Below are positions 18,787-31,713 of a DNA stretch of 31,713 nt, piece after piece. The notes beneath the pieces were generated by a model that had not been told where the DNA came from, did no database searches, and was given only the letters and a program-made list of their open reading frames with translations. The translations under genes and the position numbers were made by a program. This stretch comes from Candidatus Eiseniibacteriota bacterium. GTDB lineage: Bacteria > Eisenbacteria > RBG-16-71-46. Location: positions 1-31,713 of the forward strand of contig JANLWX010000225.1 in assembly GCA_031364845.1 (NCBI GenBank), given 5' to 3'. Position 1 is the stretch's first letter, and the number at the start of each line of letters is the position of its first letter.

Positions 18787-21700
18787 CTACACGGACGTGC
18801 TCGCCTGGGTTTCCACCAGTAGCTTTTTCAAAGCTCCATGATCCACCGGCTTCACCATGTGAGCGTTGAAGCCGGCGTTGGCAGAGTGCACGCGGTCCTG
18901 GTCCTGGCCCCATCCCGTCATCGCGACCAGGATCGTATTCTTCCCCCACGGCTGTTCCCGAATGCGACTTGCCACTTCGTAGCCGTTCAGCTTCGGAAGT
19001 CCGATGTCGAGGAGTACGACGTCGGGTCGAAATGCTTCTGCCTCATCCAGCGCTTCGAGACCGTCGTGGGCCGTGCGAACGTCGTGGTCATCGAGGCTCA
19101 ACAGCATCGCGAGCGATTCGGCAGAGTCACGATTGTCATCCACCACCAGAACGCGGCGGGGAGTCACAGCAGTCTCGCTGCTTGGGGATCCCTGAGGTGG
19201 CGATGTCGCGGCGGAGACATGAACGTCCATCGGGAGGTGCACGACGAACTCGGAACCTTGTCCGACCCCGGGGCTGTGCGCTTCGATGACGCCGTGGTGC
19301 AGCTCCACCATGGTTCTCACCAATGACAGGCCGATTCCCAATCCGCCCGCCGACCGTTCCATCGAAGCGTCGATCTGCGTGAACATCTCGAAGATTCGCG
19401 GGAGGTCTCTGGCCGCGATGCCGATGCCATTGTCACGAACGCGGATCACTGCCTGCCCGCCTTCGCGCTCCACCGTGAGCCAGATGTGGCCGCCCGGATC
19501 GGTGAACTTGCAGGCATTGCTGAGCAGGTTGCCCAGCACCTGCGCCATTCGAGCGGGATCGGCGTGAAGATAGATGGGTTGCGGCGGCAAACTGATCGTC
19601 AGTTCCTGACTACGGCTCTCACAGCTGGTGCGGATGGTCTCGACGGCGTCGTGGACGACCGACCCCATTTCGACCCGACCGAGGCGGAGCTCGATCTTGC
19701 CCCGGCTGACGCGGGACACCTCCAGCAAATCGTCGACCAGCCGAACCATCTGAGCGACCTGACGCTCGATGATCTCGGTTGCCGAACGAGACTTCGTATC
19801 CCCCCGACCTATCCCATCTGCCCCATCCGCGCCGGCAGTGTGCCGCAAAATCTGAAGTGCGTTGTGAATGGGTGCGAGCGGGTTGCGCAGCTCGTGAGCC
19901 AGCATCGCCAGGAACTCGGTCTTGTGGTGATTGGATTCAGACAAATCGGCGGCGTTCTGTCGCAACTCGTCCGTGAGGCGCACTCGTTCGGAAATGTCGA
20001 TGAAGTAGCACACCACCCCGTACTTTCCATCGGGCAAAATGATGCGATGGACCTGCCAGTCGTAGTACTCGTGCTTACCGGTGTCGAAGCGCCGCTCCGA
20101 GAATTCAGGGGACAGATACGGCTCGCCGGTTTCGAGTGTGTGTTGAAAACGCGCGACAGCCTCTTTCCCGACCTGGTCACCCCACAGGATGGTGAGCACT
20201 TCGGTGAGATCACGTCCGATCAGATGATCGATGTCGCCGAAAACCGGAAGGGCTTTCTGGCTCACGAGTCTCAAACGGAGATTGTCGTCCACCATGTACA
20301 TGCCGACCGGGGACGCGTCGAACAGTGCCTCGAACTGCATGGTGCCCCGGCGCAAGGCATCCTCGGCATGCTTCATCACATCCACATCGACCAGCATCAC
20401 GACCACGCCGTCGATCTTGTTCTCCACCGTCCTGTACGGGCGCAACCGCAGCGAATACCAGCGGCCATGTTTGTCGCGGACTTCGCGCTCATGGGTGCTG
20501 GCGGTTGTGATGACTTCGGTCAGAAGCGGCTCGAGATCGGGGAGTTCGTCGAGATTGAGCTTGATGTCGCCCAGCGGGCGCCCTACATCGGTGGGAATCA
20601 GATTGAGAAGCTCTTCGGCCTTCGGAGTGAAGTGCCGCACACGCAGATCCCGCCCGAGAATGACGACCGCCATCAAGGCGCTGTCGAGCAGGTTGATCAG
20701 GTCGTCGTTGACCTGGTGCAACTGCCCGTTGCGGTTGTTGAGTTCGTCGTTGACGGTCGCGAGTTCTTCGTTGCTCGACTGGATCTCTTCCTTGGAGGTC
20801 TCGAGCTCCTCGTTGGTGCTCTGCAGTTCTTCGTTGGCCGACTGCGCTTCCTCACTGACGGACTGCAGGTCGTCGTTCGCTTCTTCCTGCTGTTCGATCA
20901 CCGCTTGGAGGTATTCGCGTGTGTCGGCGAGTTCCTTTGAGAGGCGGACCAAGTCCGTCTCGTCGATACGGTCGATCGGCGTTGCCGTAACCGTGCCGGT
21001 CTCTTCGCGCGAACCGCGCACACGACCATCATCGAACAGAATCAGGAATCCGCCCTCGGCGGCCTCCCGTGCGTTGATGGGGATCACTTCGATCGCAACT
21101 TCGAGCTGGGCGCCACCAAACTTGATGCCCAAACCCTCCGATCTCACGGGAGCACCATCTTTGCCCGCTCGAAGGATTGCCGCGCGTACGGCAACCAGCA
21201 GTCCTCCCCGAAGCATTTTCAACAGGCTCAGACTCGCCTTTCCCGGTGACAGCGCGAGAAACGGGCTCAAGTCCCCACGGTATTGCAGAACCTCGAGATC
21301 GGAGGTGACGAGAACTCCGGGGGGCGCGAATCGGCTCAACAAATGGCGATCTGCTTCGAGATAAAGTCTCCCGGTGTCCCCCGGCCGATCGACGTTGGGA
21401 GCATACGGGGAGCGTTTCATCTTGCCGCGCTGCATCGGGAAGCCGCCCGGGCTCCGGCTCGAGCCCGATTTCTTGCAGTAGATCCGGTGCTTGGCGTCTT
21501 CCGCCTGAAACAAATTTTGATAGTTGCCAATCGTCTCCGAACCGCCGAGCCACAGGCAGCCCGTGGACTTGAGCGCATAGTGGAGCGTCGGCATGATGCG
21601 TTGCTGCAGCTTCGGCTCCATGTAGATGAGGAGGTTGCGGCAGCTGATCAGGTCGATGCGCGAAAAGGGCGGGTCGGCGAGCACGTTGTGCCGCGAGAAC

Positions 21701-22947
21701 ACGCACGCGTCACGGATCGACTTCGTGATGCGGTACTGGCCATTCACCTCGGTGAAGAACCGTTGCAGGCGTTCTGGCGAAACGTCCTGGGCGATGTCCT
21801 TGGAATAGAGGCCCGCGCGCGCCTTGTCGATGCTCGCGGTGTTCAGATCACTGGCGAAGAGCTGGACCGGCACCGCACTGCCCATGGCTTCGGCGGCCTC
21901 GGTGAACGCCATGACGAGTGAATACGCCTCCTGCCCCGTCGAGCAACCGAGCGTCCAGATCCGTACCGGATCATGGCGAGACCGATCCTTGAGAATACGG
22001 GGAAACGCCGAGGTCTTGAGCGCCTCGAACGACTCCTTGTCACGAAAGAAACTCGTGACGCTGATCAGGATGTCCTGATACAGAGCCTCGACCTCGGCCG
22101 GACTCTCCTTCAAGAATTCTACGTACTCGCCGAGCCCTCTCATTTTCTGGAAGACCATTCGGCGCGTGACACGACGGTGAAGGGTGTTGACCTTGTAGCC
22201 CGTGAAGTCGACGCCGGTGACATCGTTGATCAACTGAATGACCTGAACCAGATCGGGCCTGTCGACCACCGGGGGAGTCGCAGGCTCCGCGACCGCGTAG
22301 GGGTGCTGGCTGATCTGGACGATCCGACGCGCGATCTCGGCCGGGGACATCACGAAGTCGACGCATCCGGAGGCGATGGCGCTATGCGGCATCCCCTCGT
22401 GTTGGGCGGTGTGGTCCTGGGCGAACGTGATGCCGCCTTCGCCTTTGATTTCCTCGAGCCCAATGGTTCCATCGGAGGCCGTCCCGGATAGCACGACGCC
22501 GATGATCCGGTGCCCGTGCTCCTGAGCGAGCGACCGAAAGAACTGATCGATCGGGTGGTGCGCGCCGCGACCCTCGCGCGGCAGCAGCTGCAAGGCTCCC
22601 CCGATGATGGTCATGCTGCGGTCGGGCGGGATCACGTAGACGTGATTGGGCTCGACGATCGAGTCTTCGTGAACTTCCGTGACCGGCATGCGCGTCGCCC
22701 GGGAGAGAATCTCTGCGAGTGCGCTGGCATGAGAGGGCGCGAGGTGCTGCACCAGGACGAATGCCATTCCCGTATCGTCCGGGAGCGCCTTGAGAAGTTG
22801 GGTGAAGGCTTCGAGCCCGCCGGCCGAAGCGCCGATGCCGACGATGGGAAACGAAACGGCGGGGGAAGACTGCGCGCTCTCGGCGGCGGCATCCTCCGTG
22901 TGGCCCGGCAATCCGTCAGATGCACGTTCGGAGCGCTTACTCTTCAT
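18787..22947 (-). CDS. CheB-CheR fusion hybrid sensor kinase (CheB-CheR-coiled coil-PAS-PAS-HisKA-HATPase-REC)
   Basis: CheB GASAGG/VQH/SDG; Che[33 protein letters not shown] coiled coil; [44 protein letters not shown]. An alternative start lies at 22977. Confidence 0.93.
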   Translation of the reverse strand: MKSKRSERASDGLPGHTEDAAAESAQSSPAVSFPIVGIGASAGGLEAFTQLLKALPDDTGMAFVLVQHLAPSHASALAEILSRATRMPVTEVHEDSIVEPNHVYVIPPDRSMTIIGGALQLLPREGRGAHHPIDQFFRSLAQEHGHRIIGVVLSGTASDGTIGLEEIKGEGGITFAQDHTAQHEGMPHSAIASGCVDFVMSPAEIARRIVQISQHPYAVAEPATPPVVDRPDLVQVIQLINDVTGVDFTGYKVNTLHRRVTRRMVFQKMRGLGEYVEFLKESPAEVEALYQDILISVTSFFRDKESFEALKTSAFPRILKDRSRHDPVRIWTLGCSTGQEAYSLVMAFTEAAEAMGSAVPVQLFASDLNTASIDKARAGLYSKDIAQDVSPERLQRFFTEVNGQYRITKSIRDACVFSRHNVLADPPFSRIDLISCRNLLIYMEPKLQQRIMPTLHYALKSTGCLWLGGSETIGNYQNLFQAEDAKHRIYCKKSGSSRSPGGFPMQRGKMKRSPYAPNVDRPGDTGRLYLEADRHLLSRFAPPGVLVTSDLEVLQYRGDLSPFLALSPGKASLSLLKMLRGGLLVAVRAAILRAGKDGAPVRSEGLGIKFGGAQLEVAIEVIPINAREAAEGGFLILFDDGRVRGSREETGTVTATPIDRIDETDLVRLSKELADTREYLQAVIEQQEEANDDLQSVSEEAQSANEELQSTNEELETSKEEIQSSNEELATVNDELNNRNGQLHQVNDDLINLLDSALMAVVILGRDLRVRHFTPKAEELLNLIPTDVGRPLGDIKLNLDELPDLEPLLTEVITTASTHEREVRDKHGRWYSLRLRPYRTVENKIDGVVVMLVDVDVMKHAEDALRRGTMQFEALFDASPVGMYMVDDNLRLRLVSQKALPVFGDIDHLIGRDLTEVLTILWGDQVGKEAVARFQHTLETGEPYLSPEFSERRFDTGKHEYYDWQVHRIILPDGKYGVVCYFIDISERVRLTDELRQNAADLSESNHHKTEFLAMLAHELRNPLAPIHNALQILRHTAGADGADGIGRGDTKSRSATEIIERQVAQMVRLVDDLLEVSRVSRGKIELRLGRVEMGSVVHDAVETIRTSCESRSQELTISLPPQPIYLHADPARMAQVLGNLLSNACKFTDPGGHIWLTVEREGGQAVIRVRDNGIGIAARDLPRIFEMFTQIDASMERSAGGLGIGLSLVRTMVELHHGVIEAHSPGVGQGSEFVVHLPMDVHVSAATSPPQGSPSSETAVTPRRVLVVDDNRDSAESLAMLLSLDDHDVRTAHDGLEALDEAEAFRPDVVLLDIGLPKLNGYEVASRIREQPWGKNTILVAMTGWGQDQDRVHSANAGFNAHMVKPVDHGALKKLLVETQASTSV

Positions 22948-23123
22948 ATGAGCTCTTTCTGGGCGTGGCAGGGCCACCCCGACCTCGGCGCGTCCAGCGA
23001 CCCCGGCGCATCAGAGGGGGCGATTGTACTGCTCCCGCCGTGTGACCGATAGTGTCATCAGGTATTTGACGGCCTGCCGGTACCCACAAGACCGAAGACA
23101 TCCCCGATTCCAAGGAGCAAATC

Positions 23124-24347
23124 GTGGCAAATGACCCAGGTGGCGAGATCGTGATCGTTTCGGGCGCGCGGACCCCGATGGCCGAATGGATCGGCGGCAA
23201 GCGCGGCGACGGACAGCCGGGCGGGCTGCTCGCGAGCCTGTCGGCGATCGAGCTGGGTGCGGTCGCGGCCAAGGCGGCGATCGAGCGCGCGGGGATCGAA
23301 CCCGCGATCATCGATCACGTGGTGATGGGCAATGCGATGCAGACATCGGCCGATGCGATCTACGGCGCGCGCCATGTCGCCCTCAAAGCCGGCGTGCCGC
23401 GGCACGTCCCGGCCCTCACGCTCAACCGCCTGTGCGGATCGGGCATCCAGAGCGTGGTCACCGCCGCCCAGCAGATCATGACCGGGGAATCGAACTGGGT
23501 GGTGGCCGGCGGTATGGAGAACATGAGCCAGGCGCCGCACGTGATCCGTGGCGCGCGCGGTGGATTCCGGCTCGGCCAGGGCCAGCTCGAGGATTCGTTG
23601 ATGGCGGCACTCAAGGACAGCTACTGCGGCCTGTTCATGGCGCAGACCTCCGACAACCTCGCACGCAAGCACGGCATCTCTCGCCAGCAGCAGGACGAAT
23701 ATGCGCTGCGCTCGCATCAGCTCGGGAACACGGCGACCCAGAACGGACGCTTCGCCGAGGAGATCGTTCCGATCGAAGTGAAGCAGGGGAAGAAGTCGTT
23801 CGTCGTGAAAGAGGATGACCATCTGTTTCCGAACACGACGCTCGAAGGGCTCTCCAAGCTCCCTCCCGCCTTCGGGCCCGAATCGTTCGTCACCGCGGGC
23901 AACGCGAGCGGGATCGTCGATGGCGCCGCGGCCGTGGTGGTGACGAGCGCCGCACACGCGGCGAAGGCCGGTTCCAAAGTGATGGGCGTGATCAAAGGAT
24001 GTGCGAGCGTCGGCGTCGATCCCGACATCATGGGTATCGGTCCTGCTCCGGCGATCGAGAAGGCGTGCGAACGCGCCGGGATCAAGGTCGCGGATCTCGA
24101 TCTGATCGAGATCAACGAGGCATTCGCCGGGCAATACCTGGCGGTCGAGAAGACGCTCGGCCTCGACCGCGAGCGCGTGAACGTCAACGGCGGCGCGATC
24201 GCGCTCGGGCACCCGCTCGGGGCGAGCGGCACGCGGCTGATCTACACGTTGCTGGTCGAACTCGCCAAGCGTGGCAAGCGGCTCGGCGTGGCATCGGCGT
24301 GCATCGGCGGCGGGCAGGGCATCGCGATCGTCGTCGAGCGCCGGTAG
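23124..24347 (+). CDS. Acetyl-CoA C-acyltransferase (thiolase)
   Basis: NRLCGSG, GGMENMS, VTAGNASGIVDGAA, EINEAFA, GHPLGASG and CIGGGQG. AAGGAG RBS. Confidence 0.96.
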   Translation: MANDPGGEIVIVSGARTPMAEWIGGKRGDGQPGGLLASLSAIELGAVAAKAAIERAGIEPAIIDHVVMGNAMQTSADAIYGARHVALKAGVPRHVPALTLNRLCGSGIQSVVTAAQQIMTGESNWVVAGGMENMSQAPHVIRGARGGFRLGQGQLEDSLMAALKDSYCGLFMAQTSDNLARKHGISRQQQDEYALRSHQLGNTATQNGRFAEEIVPIEVKQGKKSFVVKEDDHLFPNTTLEGLSKLPPAFGPESFVTAGNASGIVDGAAAVVVTSAAHAAKAGSKVMGVIKGCASVGVDPDIMGIGPAPAIEKACERAGIKVADLDLIEINEAFAGQYLAVEKTLGLDRERVNVNGGAIALGHPLGASGTRLIYTLLVELAKRGKRLGVASACIGGGQGIAIVVERR

Positions 24348-24382
24348 AACCTCACGCAACTGTCAGGTTTCGGTCCGGCCTA

Positions 24383-24411
24383 TTGCGCCCGGCACGACGG
24401 GATTCCATACT
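24383..24411 (+). promoter_or_regulatory. Possible sigma70 promoter for the LeuA-family gene
   Basis: TTGCGC, 17-nt spacer, CATACT. Confidence 0.35.
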
Positions 24412-24453
24412 CGATCCCCGCGCCGTGCCTGGGAACATCGTCCGCGAGGAATC

Positions 24454-25695
24454 ATGAACGAACATGAGTTGATCCATGACTGGAACGAGACCGGCGAGCG
24501 TTGGGAGAAGCCGCCGTTCAAGATCCAGTTCGACGACGAGACTCTGCGCGACGGCCTCCAGTCGCCGTCGGTGCGGACCCCGTCGATCGACGAAAAGCTC
24601 CGCGTGCTTCACCTGATGGAACGGCTCGGGATCGACACCGCCGACATCGGCCTGCCGGGCGCGGGTCCGCACGTGGTGAAAGACGTGCTGCGGCTGGCGC
24701 AGGAGATCGCGAGCTCCCGTCTCAAGATCCAGGCGAACTGCGCCGCGCGCACGCTGCGTCAGGACATCACGCCGGTGATCGAGATCTCGCAGAAGACCGG
24801 GATCCCGATCGAAGTCTGCACGTTCATCGGCTCCTCCCCGATCCGCCAGTACGCCGAGAACTGGACGCTCGACATCATGTTGCGGCACACCGAGGACGCG
24901 GTGAGCTACGCGGTCACGGCGGGCCTGCCGGTGATGTACGTCACCGAAGACACCGTTCGCGCGCATCCCGCGACGCTGCGCGCGCTGTTCCTCGCGGCGA
25001 TCCGCTGCGGCGCCAAACGCCTGTGTCTGTGCGACACCGTCGGCCATGCGACGCCGACCGGTACTGCCAATCTGGTGCGGTTCGCGAAGCAGATCGTGCT
25101 CGAGAGCGGAGCCGACGTGGAGCTCGACTGGCATGGACACTCCGATCGCGGCCTCGCGATCGCCAATACGATCGCGGCGATCCGCGCGGGCGCGACGCGC
25201 GTGCACGGCTGCGCGATCGGGATCGGCGAGCGCGTCGGCAACACGCCGATGGACCAGTTGCTCGTGAATCTCCGTCTGCTGGGTTGGATCGACAACGATC
25301 TCACCGCGCTTCCCGAGTACTGCGATCAGGTGAGCCACAGCACGCACGTTCCGATCCCGGCGAACTATCCGGTGGTCGGACGCGACGCGTTCCGCACCGG
25401 CACCGGCGTTCACGCGGCGGCGGTGATCAAGGCGTATCGCAAGGGTGAAGACTGGCTCGCCGACCGCGTCTACTCCGGAGTGCCCGCGAGCCTCGTCGGC
25501 CGCAAGCAGGAAATCGAAGTCGGACCGATGAGCGGAGAGAGCAACGTCATCTTCTGGCTCGAGCGTCACGGACTCGCAACATCGCCCGAGCGTGTACAGG
25601 CCGTGTTCCAGCGGGCGAAGAGCGTGGACCGCGTGCTCACCGAGGACGAGATCCGCGCGGTGCTCGACGCGCTCGACGAGACGCGCGTTCCATGA
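24454..25695 (+). CDS. LeuA-family (DRE-TIM) acetyl-CoA condensing synthase, short form without regulatory domain
   Basis: DETLRDGLQ, LCDTVG, HGHSDRG, GIGERVGN, GVHAAA and GPMSG. 413 aa from ATG 24454 with a GAGGA RBS. Confidence 0.85.
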   Translation: MNEHELIHDWNETGERWEKPPFKIQFDDETLRDGLQSPSVRTPSIDEKLRVLHLMERLGIDTADIGLPGAGPHVVKDVLRLAQEIASSRLKIQANCAARTLRQDITPVIEISQKTGIPIEVCTFIGSSPIRQYAENWTLDIMLRHTEDAVSYAVTAGLPVMYVTEDTVRAHPATLRALFLAAIRCGAKRLCLCDTVGHATPTGTANLVRFAKQIVLESGADVELDWHGHSDRGLAIANTIAAIRAGATRVHGCAIGIGERVGNTPMDQLLVNLRLLGWIDNDLTALPEYCDQVSHSTHVPIPANYPVVGRDAFRTGTGVHAAAVIKAYRKGEDWLADRVYSGVPASLVGRKQEIEVGPMSGESNVIFWLERHGLATSPERVQAVFQRAKSVDRVLTEDEIRAVLDALDETRVP

Positions 25696-26867
25696 CGATC
25701 CGCTCTCCGCGTTCCGTCGCGGCACTGCTGGGTATCGTCTTCGCGATCGTGTGCGCCGCGAACGCTTTCGCTCAGGCGCCCGCACTGGGCGAGCGCGCGA
25801 AGCCGCCGAAGTCGTCGACGGTGCGTGCGCGCGCCGCGTCGGTTCCCGCCTCCGAGATCGCGGCCGAAGCGAAGTCGTACGACGATGCGGGCGCGTACGG
25901 ACGCTCGGCCGAAACGATGCGCGAGTTGCGCGGGCGCGTGAAGCCCGATCTCGACCTCGACATCGCGCTCGCACTCGCCGAGGCGCGTTCCGGCCGGATC
26001 GATGCCGCCTGGGCGCTGCTGACGAGCCCCGCGGCGATCGCGGCGGGACACGATTCGATGCCCGAGTCACGGCGGCACGACTACGCCTGGACCCGCGACG
26101 CCGACTGGCTCAACGGGACCTTCGACGGCTGGCACTGGTATCTCCACCGCGCGCGCGCCGAGATCGCCGCCGCGCGCGGCGACTGGCACACGGCGGCGGA
26201 GAACGCGCGCGCGAGCGTCGCGGCGCGCCCGGTCGCGGGCAAGGAGTGGCTGATCCTCGCGTTGTGCGCGGGCCACGACGGCGATCTCGAAGGTGCGCGC
26301 GGAGCGGTGCGCCGGGCGCTGGAGCTGGATCCGACGCTGCCCGAAGCCCGCTACGTCAGCGGACTCCTCGCGTGGCGCGATGGACGCCGCGTGGAAGCGC
26401 AGGACCTGTTCCGGTCCGCGCTCGCGCTCGACTCGACGTATTCCGCGGCAGCGACGGCGCTGGTCCGATGCCGGTTGCCGTTCGCCAAACCCGACTCGCT
26501 GCCCGCGGCATTGTTCACCGGCATCCGCGAGGCGGGCCTGCTGACTTCGGCCGCGCGTCCCAAGCTCGAGGAATTCGTCCAGATGGACACGCCGGCCATC
26601 ATCACCAGGCCGATCTACGCGGCAATGCCGGATTCGCTGCGCAAGATCCTTCCGAAAATGACGATGACCTTGCCGATCCTCGTCGATACGCACGGGCGCG
26701 TGGTGCTGCACGAACTGCCGTGGTTCGACGAGTCGCGGCTGCCGTCCGCGGCGCTGTCGGTGCTCCTCTCGTCGCTTCCGCTGTGGCAGTTCAGTCCGGC
26801 CCTGCGCCACGGTACGCCGCAGGCGGTGTGGACGGCGATTCCGTTGTCGCTGGATGCGGGGCAGTGA
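25692..26867 (+). CDS. Secreted TPR-like protein with C-terminal TonB-C-like domain
   Basis: Signal peptide ending ANAFA; TPR-like helices (RRALELDPTLPEARY, FRSALALDST); C-terminus ILVDTHGRV...WQFSPALRHGTPQAVWTAIPL. ATGA overlap with the upstream gene. Confidence 0.65.
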   Translation: MTIRSPRSVAALLGIVFAIVCAANAFAQAPALGERAKPPKSSTVRARAASVPASEIAAEAKSYDDAGAYGRSAETMRELRGRVKPDLDLDIALALAEARSGRIDAAWALLTSPAAIAAGHDSMPESRRHDYAWTRDADWLNGTFDGWHWYLHRARAEIAAARGDWHTAAENARASVAARPVAGKEWLILALCAGHDGDLEGARGAVRRALELDPTLPEARYVSGLLAWRDGRRVEAQDLFRSALALDSTYSAAATALVRCRLPFAKPDSLPAALFTGIREAGLLTSAARPKLEEFVQMDTPAIITRPIYAAMPDSLRKILPKMTMTLPILVDTHGRVVLHELPWFDESRLPSAALSVLLSSLPLWQFSPALRHGTPQAVWTAIPLSLDAGQ

Positions 26868-26935
26868 ACACCGCGTAGGCGGATGAACCGCGAGCGGCGC
26901 CGGGTGCGCGTCCTCGACAGCGGTGTCCGAGGGAA

Positions 26936-29110
26936 TCAGCGCCGCGCTTCACCCATCGGCCGTTCGATCCCCGCCAGGATTCCGACCACACGGTCCGGGT
27001 CTACCGGCTTCACGATGTGCTGGTTGAAGCCTGCCTCGAGTGTGCGGCGCCGGTCGCTCTCCTGTCCCCACCCCGTGAGCGCGATCAGTACGACGGGTTC
27101 GCCCGAGAACTGTTCACGGATCCGCCGGCACGCTTCGATTCCGTTCATGCGCGGCATCCCGACATCCAGGAACGCCACGTCGGGTCGAAACTCGGCCGAC
27201 GCCGTGACCGCCTGATCCCCGTCATACGCGACGCGGGTTTCGTGTCCCATGCTTCGCAGCATCATCGCGAGCGTGTCGGCGGCGTCTTCGTTGTCGTCGG
27301 CCACCAGCACCCGCAGCGGCCGGCCGGCAGGTGGCGGCGCCACAGCGGGCAACTCTTCCACCGGAACCGGGGTCCCCGTGGCCAGTGGCAGCCGCAGGGT
27401 GAACTCGGTCCCGTGTCCGTGGCCGGGGCTGCTCACCGAGATGGTTCCGCCGTGCATCTCGACCAACCGTTTCGCCAGAGTGAGACCGATCCCGAGACCG
27501 CCGCGGGAACGCTCGAACGAGCGGTCGCCCTGCATGAACATCTCGAAGATCGTCTGCAACTGCTCGGCGGGAATCCCGATGCCGGTGTCTCGTACTCGCA
27601 CGACCACCTGCGAGCCTTCGCGGTCGGCCGTGAACTGGATCTCGCCCCCGGGCTCCATGTACTTGGCCGCGTTGTTCAGCAGGTTGAGGAATACCTGGGA
27701 CAAGCGCGTGAGATCCGCTTCGAGATAGAGCGGCTCGGCGGGGACATCCACCGTGAGACGGTGGCCGCGTTCCTCGATCAGCGGGCGGCTCGATTCGATC
27801 GCCGCATGGACGATTTCGGAAAGCTGAAGCGTCTCGCGCTTCAGCTCGAGCTGATTGCGCGTAATCCGGCTCATGTCGAGCAGATCGTCGATGAGCCGGG
27901 TCATGTGCTTCATCTGGCGGTTGATGACGTCGATCGCCCACTGGCGGCGCTCCGCGGGGACCGATTCGAAGTTGACGATCTGGATCGCGTTGCGGACCGG
28001 CGCGAGCGGATTGCGCAGTTCGTGGGACAGCGTCGCCAGGAACTCGCTCTTGTGCCGGTCCGCGCGCTTGAGTTCGAGGTAGAGCCGGGCGTTGTCGATC
28101 GCCATTGCCGAACGCGACGCGAGGTTGTCGAGCACGGTCAGCTCCTCCGCCGTGTGGGCGAGCGACGGTCCGTCTTGCGACAGGATCAGCGCACCCAGCG
28201 TCGATCCGTGGACCTGGAGCGGCAGCACCAAAGACGGGCTTCCGGCCGAAGTGATCGACTCCGCTTCGCCGGTTTCGAAGACACGCTCGACCGCGTCCTG
28301 CAGCGGCTCCGTGAGGAGCGCGCGGGTTCCGGTGCGCATCCCGGTATCGGCCGGCGCGGCAGGATTCGGAGGCCCGTCCGCGACGCTCGCGCTTCGCGGA
28401 CGCCGCTCGCGGGGGTTGCCCGGGGACGACGCCATCACGACGCTCCATGGTGCATCCGCCGACTCCCGCAGCACGACCATGCAGGTCTTCGCGAATTGCG
28501 GAAGCGGCAGCCGCGCGATGTCGCGCACGGTGGTTTCGAAATCCAGCGACCGCCCGAGGACCGCCGAGGCGTGCGCAAGGAACTCGAGGTTGCGGTTCGC
28601 CTCCTCGGCCGCGATGCGCCGGCTGCGCTCCTCGACTAGCGCGAGACGTTCCTCCGCGATCGCGATCTGCTGTTCGGCGTGGCGCGCGATCTCCTGGCGC
28701 ATGCGGAACAACTCCACGAACACCTTGACCTTGGCGCGTAGGATCTCGGGAACCACCGGCGACTGGATGTAGTCGACCGCGCCGTACGCGTAGCCCTGCG
28801 CGGTCCGCACCTCGTCCGTGAACGCGGTGATGAAGATGATCGGGGTGAACGACGACTTGCGGCGCTGGCGGATCAGCTCCGCGGTCTCGAAGCCGTCCAT
28901 GCCCGGCATGTTCACGTCGAGCAGGATCACCGCGAACTCGTTGCGCAGAACCTCGCGCAGCGCGTCGGAACCGGACATCGCCGTCACGACGTTCTCGCCC
29001 AGTTCCTCGAGCACCGTCCGATAGACCAGCAGCTTCTCCGGCAAGTCGTCGACGACCAGAATGCTGATCTGGTCGGTGGCGCCCGTGGGTGGCATCGGTG
29101 TCGACTTCAT
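26936..29110 (-). CDS. Hybrid kinase/response regulator REC-GAF-HisKA-HATPase-REC
   Basis: N-terminal REC ILVVDD..LLDVNMP; GAF-like segment ending AIDNARLY; HELRNPL, NLLNNAAKY, GGLGIGL; C-terminal REC. An alternative start lies at 29140. Confidence 0.92.
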   Translation of the reverse strand: MKSTPMPPTGATDQISILVVDDLPEKLLVYRTVLEELGENVVTAMSGSDALREVLRNEFAVILLDVNMPGMDGFETAELIRQRRKSSFTPIIFITAFTDEVRTAQGYAYGAVDYIQSPVVPEILRAKVKVFVELFRMRQEIARHAEQQIAIAEERLALVEERSRRIAAEEANRNLEFLAHASAVLGRSLDFETTVRDIARLPLPQFAKTCMVVLRESADAPWSVVMASSPGNPRERRPRSASVADGPPNPAAPADTGMRTGTRALLTEPLQDAVERVFETGEAESITSAGSPSLVLPLQVHGSTLGALILSQDGPSLAHTAEELTVLDNLASRSAMAIDNARLYLELKRADRHKSEFLATLSHELRNPLAPVRNAIQIVNFESVPAERRQWAIDVINRQMKHMTRLIDDLLDMSRITRNQLELKRETLQLSEIVHAAIESSRPLIEERGHRLTVDVPAEPLYLEADLTRLSQVFLNLLNNAAKYMEPGGEIQFTADREGSQVVVRVRDTGIGIPAEQLQTIFEMFMQGDRSFERSRGGLGIGLTLAKRLVEMHGGTISVSSPGHGHGTEFTLRLPLATGTPVPVEELPAVAPPPAGRPLRVLVADDNEDAADTLAMMLRSMGHETRVAYDGDQAVTASAEFRPDVAFLDVGMPRMNGIEACRRIREQFSGEPVVLIALTGWGQESDRRRTLEAGFNQHIVKPVDPDRVVGILAGIERPMGEARR

Positions 29111-29171
29111 CGCCCCCCCGGGGTCATGCGCTCTGGGCATGCAGGATTTCTCATTGCGGCTTCCACGGCGC

Positions 29172-31713
<2,542 letters not shown>

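Noticed and set aside
18728..18949. N-terminal extensions from the ORF track for yjbQ (also serA, apgM, the LeuA-like gene, zf-HC2 and the 156-764 ORF)
   Set aside because: Most overlap neighbouring genes and none looks like part of the family domain. Downstream starts give family-typical lengths, usually with an RBS.

Overview
High-GC diderm bacterial chromosomal segment. The lineage is unknown; the gene repertoire is reminiscent of poorly characterised FCB-associated groups such as Ca. Eisenbacteria, which is inference only. Left edge: right end of an IS1202/ISNCY-like insertion sequence. Then a long minus-strand housekeeping block, in transcription order: apgM, outer-membrane barrel, tRNA-Leu(TAG), tig, clpP, clpX, lon, class V aminotransferase, short serA, purA, tRNA-Lys(TTT), orphan zf-HC2 anti-sigma, a divergent YchF and a small beta-barrel. 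The middle holds two paralogous secreted, cysteine-rich Ig-like + dockerin-like proteins flanking hbd and a hypothetical gene, then GNAT/yjbQ and a lower-GC CheB-CheR-PAS hybrid kinase. The right part has a thiolase, a short LeuA-family synthase coupled to a secreted TPR + TonB-C-like protein, and two hybrid histidine kinases, the last cut by the window edge. The best candidates for undescribed biology are the dockerin-like paralog pair, the YchF lacking canonical NTPase motifs, the TPR-TonB-C protein and the possibly self-methylating CheBR kinase. No CRISPR array, rRNA or prophage was seen. All calls come from motif reading by eye, without database searches.
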